A stretch of 64,000 nucleotides of DNA from Botryllus schlosseri (Eukaryota), in the NCBI GenBank assembly GCA_051294905.1, contig CM119372.1, positions 10,604,001 to 10,668,000 on the forward strand, in the 5' to 3' direction. The translations under genes and the position numbers were made by a program. Of this stretch, positions 23,501 through 34,200 are shown one piece after another (the stretch's first letter is position 1; each line of letters begins with the position of its first letter). Below the pieces are notes generated by a model that did no database searches, was not told the DNA's origin, and worked only from the letters and a program-made list of their open reading frames with translations.

Positions 23501-26500
23501 CCATTTTGAAATCCCTTGCTGTTCTCTCGGAGAGATTAATCTGCTCACCCCTATTCTGAAACTATTCGAATATTGTTCATATTGTGTCTTAACGGCATTG
23601 TTGTAAACCTTCTTAACCGTTTCGCACCGGCGTGTCTATTTTTCGACATGCCGGTACGAGAGAAGGGTGCCGTAATTGAAACCACGATATATTACATATT
23701 AATCGTGCTAGGTCGTTGTTGTTCATTTCTGTGAATAGATATTGTTTGTACAAGTTCATTGATACCTTGTTATTTCATATTTATTATATCGAAGACGTCA
23801 AAATCGTATATCAAACACCGTGGATAATTATGTTGCAAAATGCACTGTGTCGGCAATTCGCGCGTCATTGACCACAATCAGATAACGTTCTGTATGTTTC
23901 GTTCTAGCCGCCTTCGGGCATAGTTGTTTCATTATGTCAATAGCTAGTGTCCATACAAGTCCACACATATCTTCATATCTGATATTAGTTACATCTAAGC
24001 TGATCAAAAGCTATGTGATAGGCCGCGTGACAAAAATATCCGCCGAAGCATCATTTCGCAGACACGCGCGTTCCTCGTACCCGCCATATACACTGTCGTT
24101 TAGTTGGTTTTATTCGTCATAACCAGCTGTAGTTTGTTGCTATGAATAGCGATTGTCAGTTTCTGTTTATATTGTGCTAAAGCAACGATACTAGTTAGTT
24201 CTATACCGCTCAAGGTTTCATTTGAAAACCGGGAAGCGAATTCCGTCAGACTACCGTACCAGCCTCAAGCACATGGCTGAATACCCGTCACATAACGTGA
24301 AATATATCGTGTTCTAATAGGCATACACCTTCATAGATTGTGTCTGTGAATTGTTGTTGTCTATATGATTCTAAATAACGGCTAATGGTAAAGTATAATT
24401 CGGAATACATACAATATTACTCAGCGATTATACCTACGCAAAAGCGTGCGTCTGGGTATACAAAGAGCTGTCGTACATCGATATATATCTTACGTTGTAG
24501 TAATGATAAGCATTTGCAGTAAATCGTTATGGTAAGGACTGTAAATATCCGTCTACGAACACTAAAATTACTAATATAGGGTCACAACAGTTAGAGTTAT
24601 AAGCCCTCGAAGTTACCATACGCGCGCGAATGACGCGCTATGACTCACTCTCTCTGCGGTCTGCCGCGAGCTGACTAAAACGGTCGGCATTGTTTTGATT
24701 AGAAATTAGCGCCTGCTAGACGTAGACCGTCGACTCAGGGCTCTCTAGAACGATGAATTCTGAGCATATACAATACACCAGACTGTATGGTCGTCGAATA
24801 CCTATACTAAGGTTCATAAGGTCCGCAATTTAGCATTTCTGTTTCCAACCAACGTTTTCACGGCTTGCTCTTGATATAAGTGGCCAGACACAGAGCTCGA
24901 AATGATTTGAGTGGCGCAATCGGATCCGCGTTGAAATTCTGAATCGAACGCTACCTTGTTTACCGGGCTCCAATCCCATTAAGGCACAGATTTTCGATTT
25001 TGAAAATTGAAGTAAAATTTTTCGAAAATTGCAGCCGTTGCCATTCGGTTAACGGCCTAAATCTTGGAAATTAGTTAAACTAGATTATACCCCCACACCC
25101 AGTCATCAAAAGCTCAAAGCTTCCCCTGCTTTGTGAGTAAGTCATTATTCACATATCCGTACTGAATTATGTAACTGGCCAACGTTTATGTGTATTGAGA
25201 ATTTGGCACGAACAAGATTATCTGATCCTTGTATTGGCATTTGTACATAGATTTAACCCGATTAATCCATTAGAATGTAGAACATTGTCTGTTTTCAAAA
25301 TATCCCTCCTCTCCCCTATTGTTTAACCTCTCCCTCTTTTTCTCTCAGCTGGTTGCGCTCCTGTCTGTGGACATTTCGATTTCAGTTTTATTTCTCTCTG
25401 TGTACAGGATTCGGTTTCGGATTATCTCAAGGAAGTCGCCGGGAAGCCCAAATTTTTCTTCGGTCCGACAATTCCAAAGACTAGGAAAAAGTTTGTGAGG
25501 TCGGTCTTTTACGTCAGGAATTTCTTACCGGACGCTTATTATCTGACGATCTTCAGCAATACTTAACTCAATCCTCAAATTTGACTTTAGTTTGATCTCT
25601 ACACCCTGTATTTATCTTTACTGGAAAATGCAGAATTGGCACATGTCGCATGACACATTCCATGTGACTTCTTCAATTCTCGTATATCTGGACCTAAGGT
25701 GGAAAAAGAGGCCCAGAAACTCTCTTTTATCTGTTTGAATAAATATGGTTAGAGTGAGAAAAATGAATCCTCCAATATCACATGGGAGTTCACAGAAGTG
25801 AGTTGAACCAGACTTGAACTTGACTCGTACTCGACACGCTGCTCCCTAACTTGGACTCAGACTTGACTCAAGTCATGACTATGAAAGTAAAATGGACTTG
25901 TGACTTGGTTACAACTAGGGCTGGGCACAATGATTCGAGTACTCGAATCTGAATCGAGTAATTATTTCAGTGATTCGAGTCGAGTAGTAAAAGTCGATTT
26001 TTTCGAGTACTGTAGCTATACGCTCCTCGCCACTGCACGTTAATTTATCAACGATAATTATAGTTTCGATACAATTTCTCCCTGTAAAATCCTTGAAACA
26101 TTGACTGGCCGTATCGCAGCATGCGAGACATACAGTACAACGCTACGAACGTTACTGAAAATATATATTTCCGAAGTCATGATCATCTCACTACATTGTC
26201 ACAAAGTGCAATGAAACCCGTATGGTAGAAAAAAGACCGAACTATCTTTGATGTGATCAATAACAGGCATTATATTATTTGTGGTGGCATGAAAGGTACA
26301 TATTTAAACTTTGACATATCACATTGTATTATTACGTCATAATGAGTGATACTCGAATACTCGACTCGACTCGAAGCATTTTACGTGATTCAGAATCGAA
26401 TCACTCAAGTACTCGATTTTGCCCAGCCCTAGTTACAACCCTGCATGTGACCGTCCTGAAAATTTGATGTCGTAAAATTGCAATTGTATCAACTCTGCTT

Positions 26501-29500
26501 GGTGCGTTCTCTTTAGTTTGGAAGACGACGGCCTGGAACTTGTGGACGACGGCGTAAGCTCCCAGGCGGAAGTCCTGCGTGCCAAATTTCTCTCTTTTCA
26601 CACCAATTACCGACCTCCCTACTTTGGGACGTGGCGCAAGAAATCGAAGGTTCTCAGCTACAAGGACCCGTTCAAGAAAGACAACGTGAGTTTTGAAATG
26701 TGCGCGGCAGTTTCAGCGAGTTTAGGATCCAACAATCATTTCAGGATCTGTTCGATTATGAGTTTGACTCCGACGATGAATGGGAGGAGCCCGCAGATGG
26801 GGAGGATATTGATAACAGCGAAGGGGTGCGTATGGAATTGCTAATCTGTTTTTGTCACCGATCACCAGAGTTGATCAGAATGGTCAGCGTTGCTACTGAA
26901 AGAGATTGTTGATATACCCTATTCTTTACAGTTCTCTACTAGTTGCTGACGATGACCCTTGGCGAGTGTCAGCCGAAATTATTTGGTTTTATTTCAATAT
27001 GAATATATTAACAATGGTATAGTGAAGTTCTGATTCTCCAAGTGTCTCTTCAAATAGAAGGAGAACTTTCCTTTTAAACTCCTACTCAATGCTCGAGTAA
27101 AAGTATCAATTTCCAAGACATGTGAAAACTACATCCAGTAGAGGTAGAAAATGAGATTTCTGAAAACTACTCAAGTTTCAAAAATTGGATTTGGTCGAGG
27201 CGGGGGGGTGGGCGTACTATTACCGGTTAATCGGTTGCGGCTATTTTTGTAATTGCAAGATGTGTCATCCCAACTAACACAAAATGACCGATGATGGTAC
27301 AAATATGCTCATCTTTCAGAAATATATTCGGTTACCGTGATACATATGCTTTTCATGCGGTTGTCATTTCACTCTTAAAGGATTCCGACTCATCCCAAAT
27401 CTACTTTGTACTTTTCTAAATCCAAATTGTATAAAGTAGGTAGGTTTGACTAAAAAACTGTTTGACCGGAAGTTGTCTTAAAGGCATAACCAATAAAGTT
27501 AACCTACTTGAGCACTCCAAAAAAGTATAAGTAGCCTACTGTACTGTACAATGCAATAGTATATTCATATTGAAATAAAACCAGGTGATGAGTGTCAGCC
27601 AGAAATATTCAGTTTATTTCAACGTGAATATACTCTTCTGCACCTCCAAGAGTATGTGAGTCTCTGACTAGAATGAAAGCATTTATTCGTTTTTTATCGC
27701 AGGAAGATGAAGGAGAAGGAAATGAGGAAGATGAGGACGACGGATTCTTTGTTCCTCACGGATACCTCTCGGACGATGAGGGAATCGGAGAGGAGGTCTG
27801 CTTTTCGGATGTGATTTGCCCGTTTCACATGACCGAATTGAGTTGTACGCAGGGCGAGGAAATTGTCCAAAAGCCGGATCACAAGCTGAAGCAGAAACAG
27901 CTCGAGTTCGAGGCTTCGTTCAAACGGAAACTCACAAAGTTGACGCCGCTTGTCATAGGATGCGTCTGGAAAGACAGCGCCGCCGCGATCGATAAAGTTC
28001 ACAGAGACTTGTTGGACAGTTATAAGGTGGGTTGTGTTGGTAGTGTCGGTGACTATATCATCATCAGATGGCTCGAGTTATCAAAGATGAGAAAGGTCTG
28101 AATCACCTGAAATCTGTGCCATTACAGAACAGATTACACAACAGACTGGGACATTTTGATGTTCGTAAATTGTCGCCGAGGTTGCGTTTTACCAAATGCA
28201 TATTTGATTGTTCATGAGAGATCAGGGACTTGGTAATTGACAGCGCTGTCGGACTCGCTGGCAAACTTATAAGCGCAAGTTCGTCAACATGAGAAGCTTG
28301 TATAATCGGCATTTCCTAATGATTTGATGCTATTTTGGTAAATTTGAAAAAAATCCAAACCCCTTCTTTTTTTGCGGCTGGCTACGCGCCTGCCAACGCT
28401 ATCTACATTTGTTTTTTCTTCTTGGTTTTGTGTGAGTGAACGCTGTGATTTTTAAAACCGTCAACAACGTTCCATTTCGCAGCCGATATTCCTGTGCAAA
28501 ACTCCGATACCGGTGACGTCAAGTAACGGCGCCGACAATGAGAGAGATTCGCCAGCCGACGCTAAACCCGAAAAGAACAAGACCAAGCATTCGGTGCCCG
28601 AAGAAGGTGGGATATTTAGACTCGATTCCGGCTGCGATGATCGAACCTAGTCGCGTATCGTTTCGATTTAGCAATGCCCGACCTGATCAGGCTGTTGCAT
28701 GGCAATCCGTTGAGCCTCAGTCGCATTGTTAACGAATTTCAAACGTACTGGAGAGTAAAAAACACAGATGCTTCTGCCGGGGTCGGCCCCATCTCTTTGG
28801 ACGATTGCATGGAACAGGATGTTGAAATTGAAGGTTGGTTACGTTTTGATTTTTACACAGCAATAGAGTGCCGAATATCTGCAACGGATGTTGTTAGTTT
28901 TTCTGTGCTTTTGTCTTGTAGCCATTATGTATGCCTGTGCCGAAACAACATTTCGTGTCAATGTCGGGCCTTTGTAATAGCACTAAGATTACGGTTCAAG
29001 TTTGCACATCAACCGTGTTAATTACGACCCTCTTTTATTCAGAATCTGCCGATGCGCAGCCTGAGCCCATGATAGTCGGGAAGCCTTCCACAGAAAAAGA
29101 CATCAGTGCGACGCCCACAAGCAAAAACGGCGATTTTGAAATTTCCAAAGCGCAGATCAGGCTCAAGTGCAAGGAGATCGCCACTTACGAACGAAAAAGC
29201 AATATGAATCGATCCTGCTGGTAAGCTTTTGATAACTTATACACAATGCTGATATCTTTACTGTGGAGGCTCTGATAATTCCTGTAATGTGCTTACAAGT
29301 AGGCGATGACATTTTGACGCACACTGTGACTCGGTGGTGAATAGGAAATGACTCGAGTCAAAACTTCAAAGTAGAACTGACTTGTGACCTCATGGCTTGA
29401 TTACAAACCTGGAATTAGCAGTGCAGGTTGACAACATGTACTTACGTCCTCCAAAAATGTAGAAGTACTTTGTTATTGACCACCCCTGCGCATTCAGTAC

Positions 29501-30878
29501 ATGGCGGTACAAGCACACATAGCATATTTTGCCTTTGTGTGCTAATTGTCGTATCTCTACAGGTTTGTCCGCGACACCATTCTCGCCGGTTATGATTTCG
29601 GCCGCAACGGTGTGCCGGTACCTTGTCGCTGGAAGTACGCTACGGAGGTGCCAAAAGTGCAGTTGCTCGTGTTTCCCGAAGTGAAGAAGGCCGCGGCCGC
29701 AGAGAAACCGCCGGCTCCCGGCACTCCGAAACTGAATCCCGCCGCCAGCATCGCCAAATTCGCCTCCAAGGTTTCGCCGAAGGCCATCTTGGAAAGCAGC
29801 AAATTGAAGTGAGTCTGTCGCGTGAACATTTTACCCAGTGAGATACTGTGTATGCCCTTTGGGATCATCATTGATTCCGTCTGTTACTTGTGGGTTTCGT
29901 TTGGATGACGATAAAGACTCTCTCTCCCAGGGAAGCACAAACGTGGTGCGTGGGTTATGAAGGCGATACCTGTTAGCGATTGAGTAAACTTTGTAAAATT
30001 TGTACCATCTAAAATAGTACATTGAGCTTAAGCACTCTTCGCCCTGATTATTCGAAATTTCATGCTGGTGACGTCATAATTTGTGATATGATTGTTGATA
30101 AGCAATGTTCTTTGTAATTCTCTACTGGTTGCTGACAATTAACCCTAACCAGTATCAGTCGGAAATATTCGAGTTCATTTCAATGTGAATATGTATATTG
30201 AAGTTCTGTACCTCAAAGAAGCTTTTCAAATTTTTTATCTCCATTTTAAAACATGCGTGCCAATTTTTCGGGACTCTCCTGGCTCGAATAGTAACAAAAC
30301 TAATCGGGAAAGATCGATTTCCGAGGCATATATTCACAAATTTTTGTCAGGTTCTAAATATTTTAGACAACTAAGAATACCACGTAAACTCCTTCCGATA
30401 ATATGAATGATAACGATGAAGTTAACATCTTCTATAATCCAGCTTGTTACACACTGAAATTCACGGCTTCAAAGAATTCTGTGTGGCCAAGGTGCCCCTT
30501 CGCGTACTTATATAAGTTTATTTGACCTTTTCAGACACGAAAAAGTCAAAATCACCCACCAGCAATCGCGAGCTTGTTCCATTTCGAAGTTTGCCACCGA
30601 AAAGGTGCGTTGACACGTCCCGATTTGATCGGCAATTGATAAAAATATTTACGGAACTTCTCTCGTTCGTTAAGAACTCCCCCGACGACATCATCGAAAA
30701 GAGCGCCCAGAAAATTTGCGAGGAAAACCGTCTGAAGGCAAAAGAGGCCGCAAAAGTGAAGCCGACGGTACCACCACCGCCGCAGGAAGGCGTGTCTGTG
30801 ATACCGTCTAAAGAGGCGATTCAATCGTTCTTTAAAATGGACAGTAAGAAACTCGGGGAAAAGTCTACAGGCGAATAG
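11579..30878 (+). CDS. CHAF1A: Chromatin assembly factor 1 subunit A (p150), about 22 exons, complete
   Basis: Exons 11579-11612, 11698-11782, 12949-12982, 13054-13147, 13735-14192, 15266-15367, 15423-15839, 15895-16029, 16775-16929, 22938-23085, 23148-23225, 23288-23413, 25408-25490, 26517-26685, 26745-26825, 27703-27795, 27853-28026, 28483-28606, 28672-28833, 29043-29220, 29563-29808, 30535-30604, 30675-30878. Shows N-terminal KKLKQAQLP, VIDLT SIM, KER helix, KFLSFHTNYRPPYFGTW, DYEFDSDDEWEE, DGFFVPHGYLSDDEG and winged-helix LIRLLHGN. Confidence 0.93.
12326..12700 (+). repeat. Unclassified dispersed repeat (second copy inverted at about 52375-52730)
   Basis: About 370 bp alignable by eye to the reverse complement of 52375-52730. 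Confidence 0.75.
14206..14588. mobile_element. GACTCGAGTC-repeat hAT MITE family copy
   Basis: Ends (C)GGGGTTGTAACCAAGTC / AACCCTG; aligns to the 34103-35008 and 56081-56660 copies. Confidence 0.75.
18133..19492. mobile_element. hAT (Charlie/Buster-like) element nested in 17106-19685
   Basis: TIR CAGTGGTTCTCAACC / GGTTGAGAACCACTG; perfect TSD CCCTAGAT. Confidence 0.88.
18473..18850. mobile_element. hAT MITE (TAGGGTTACCATA type) nested in 18133-19492
   Basis: Right end ATATGGTAACCCTA with a degenerate left end; aligns to 57789-58407; TSD 6/8. Confidence 0.7.
19887..22363. mobile_element. Foldback hAT (hATm-like) derivative with ~1-kb inverted arms and transposase remnants
   Basis: Termini TAGGGTGGAGTGAAAAAT / ATTTTTCACTCCACCCTA; perfect TSD GTGTTCCC (19879-19886, 22364-22371); transposase-like fragments HSIWLTLA..VYFPLWFEIK..DGAK (-) and YPCHNQAVERHV (+). 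Confidence 0.88.
25916..26431. mobile_element. hAT MITE inserted into the TIR of a GACTCGAGTC MITE
   Basis: TIR TAGGGCTGGGCA / TGCCCAGCCCTA; perfect TSD GTTACAAC, which is part of the host end GACTTGGTTACAACCCTG. Confidence 0.85.
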
Positions 30879-31248
30879 CTTGAAGGTTGCACCGGAAAAA
30901 TATTATACAACTTATACTATATTTTCCTTTCTGTGAAAACGATAATCATCTGTCTGCCTTTCAAGTCAAGCATGCCTCTTACAAACAGCGCATGGAATAA
31001 TTTAATTTCATCCCTTTCTCGCATATGAGAAACAAACCTGTTTAAAAGTAAGTGCCGTATTGAGCGATAGAAAAGTACGGTTGGTTGCTCCGCGCCGAAA
31101 ACATTTGCTTCCGCTACCCGTATCGAATTGATTTAGTAAATACTAATCGCAGTTAGCGACGTTACATCCCGACCTCTGTATGTAATGTCAATAATTTCAT
31201 TGAGCTTTTCTTCCTTTTGGGTATGAAATAAATGCAGATAAAGTTCTC

Positions 31249-34200
31249 TCAATTCTGAGTGATCATTGTGGTGCCGCTTGCGAGTCCGTCAGTGGCTGTG
31301 ATGGACGGCAGTTGTAGACTGTTGCTTTCCACAGCTTGTGGGGTCTCTTCCTCGTTCTGTGTTGTGACTTTCAGAATGCCTTCGATGTCGTCGATCGCTT
31401 CCTTGAAATTTGATTTACCCTGTAAACCAGATGGAGGTGGTCAGAGTAAATGAACTACAAATAGGTGCTAATTTTGAAAATGATATCTTGAGATAGGGCT
31501 GTCTCACCTGGTGGTGGCAACTTGCCTGAAAAAAACTGGATGGAAGTACATTGTTACTGACCACCTCTGAAACCAGGAGATAGGCTGTCTTAGATGTACT
31601 TGATTTACGAAAAATTTCGATCCTATTTCAAGCCTTCAAAAATTTCGATCCTATTTCAAGCCTTCAAAATTCAGAACATATAGGCATATTTTAGAATTTC
31701 ATCCCGGACCTAGTTTGAACAGTGAAATTCCGGACATGTCCGGGAAATTCCGGACATGTCCGGGAAACTCCGGACGTATGACAACCTTATCATAGTTGCG
31801 TCGTACAAGCATCAATACACCGATGCTAGTTTGTGACTGATGCCTGACATTGCCATGATCAGAAGAGGTCTCTGAATTTGGAGTAACTATGGTGAATGCG
31901 GGACTCTCTAGGTGTTGACTGATGCTTTCATGGTATGTCAACCATCTGTGCAGAGAGCGTAGGATGACACATAGTTATGGAGAAGTAAAATATTACTTTA
32001 TATAAGGTCATGTTCTATACCAGGGGCGGGCAACTTCTCCATTCGGCGGGCCGGATATAGGAAAATTAAGTATTAATCTAAGACAGCCTATCCATTCTCA
32101 GATTAGTTGAATTCCTTGTGAGGTGGTAGGGTACTTCATCCCAAATGCAAGGATATTTGCAGGTTATGTGTCCGATCAGAGTCATGTTCTACATTTTCAC
32201 ATCCGAACATCCATTCACAATGGTAATCCAGCCAATGTATTGTATTGATTGTGTCTCCATTATACTCTTGTGCTGTCTCAAATCCTATAATTAATCGAGG
32301 CGTTTATGATAGTTACGACAAAATAGCTCTTCACCTGCATATTCGGAGCAGATATCTCCTGGTGGATCACTGATAGACCGCGTGCGAACGAGGCCAACGT
32401 TCCTGGAAGGTCTTCGCCAATCGTTCTGCATAAGTGACACGAGCAAATACTTATTGGGGATATATGTCGAGAATTGAATTGACTTATCTTACAGCATGCC
32501 CATTCTGTCCCTTTTCGATGAGTTGACCAGGGTGAATATGGTGCCCTGTCGCTCTTTGATATCAAATCCTATGCCGTGCGCCCTGCACATCTTCAAATAA
32601 AATGGTATTGATGTTAGAAACTGGAGTGGAAATAGTGTTATTCCTGACGGAACAAGTCAGGTGTTTGGTAGTTCAGAGAGGTGGATGTCTCAATGCATCT
32701 GAACTGGCACAGGTTAGCTAGTCTACCATGAATATGACATAAAAACATTATGACGACGCCGCTGGTCGATCTATACTTCAAAGACATATCGTTTTATGAA
32801 CATTTGTAGCCCTTAGCCACATGCTTTGGATGCTGTAGTATGAATTAATCATCGAAACGATAATCTAAACATGATTGTTAGTCAGAATAGATATATGAAT
32901 TCAGTACTCCAAGTCGCTTCAACACCTTCCTGTCTTTTCACTGTATCGCGTTTTTGTGGTGTTTTGAACTGATAAAGATTGCTAATAAACCAATGATGAT
33001 GATGATACTGGGAAGAATTGACACGAACTGCTCATTGAATAATTAAAATCAAGACTCGTCGAGCCGTAACTGAAGATTTTTTCTATCAATAACGTACTCT
33101 CTGTCGTACTAATTTTGACAAGTAATAAGCAAACAAGAAACTTCTGAACTAGTAGAAAAACCAAGCTAGGTTGAGCATGCAGTTCTATTATTTATTACAT
33201 CACAGTAGTTGCGATATCAGTTATGAACTGTGAGAAACATGAAACGAAATGCATATATGTGCTTTTAGAGTCATTGTATCACTGACTTGGTGATCTAATC
33301 CTAACGTTACCTGAAAAAACACGTTGTAGTGCACGACGGCCATGTTGGAATGTATGAGGTTGGTGCTCATAACACAGAATCTGTTCAAGTTTGGAGGCGG
33401 CTGAAATAAAGAAAGACATGCATCGCTGGTAGTTGCGTTGAAGAGACTTGCTTGTATTTACAAAATTTACCTTTTCGACAACTTGATGCTCTCTACGAAA
33501 CCGGCCGAGCTTCTCTTTAGGTGGCGGGAGCACACGAAAATCACATTTTGCGGGATCAAAGGTGCCGCAGGTTACAAACAACATCAGTTGTGTCATGGCT
33601 AAATTGTCACTGAAATAAAGAACGCAAATTACCGATGAAATAAAGCTAATAAGATCTTTTTATATGCATGCTTCTTACATATTATGACTACCGGTATGTA
33701 AGATTTGCATTAGATATTTTGAGTGCCACATTTGAAACAGTAGTGCTGCTCATTTGAATGACTGAAATAAAGTTGTTTCGAGTTACACATTGACACTTTC
33801 TATTTAAATCAATTGATTCTAACACATAATCACAACCTTGAGCATGACCATAATTGGCATTGTCACTCAAATGAACTTTAACCAAGATTGTTACTCAATG
33901 AACACAATTTTCATTAGGCTATGCATTCAAATGAGCTGTCAGCCTCAATCACATATTGGCAAATGCAATCATTAAGTGCTGCCTGACACAGTGTCAATGG
34001 CACGATGCCCAAAATACGAAGAAATACAATAGGTAAAAACTCAATGCCATCATCAAAGATCAGATCAACACAATCCAAATGCAGGCTGGCCATGCGCAAT
34101 AACAGGGTAGTAACCAAGTCACAAGTCAATCTCACTTTTATAATTTTGACTCGAGCCAAGTCGAGTCATTTTCAATTCACCACCGAGTCAAGTCCGAACC

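Noticed and set aside
23613..25051. TTAA-flanked transposon in a CHAF1A intron
   Set aside because: The end match (TTAACCGTTTCGCACCGG vs TTAACCGAATGGCAACGG) is weak, with no second copy or coding remnant; probably TE-derived but boundaries are unsupported.
27796..27852. ORF read-through suggesting one long CHAF1A exon
   Set aside because: A 57-nt stop-free segment with GT-AG ends and typical minimal intron size; treated as an intron, though retention cannot be excluded.
31611..31670. 28-bp tandem duplication
   Set aside because: Simple local slippage with no further structure.
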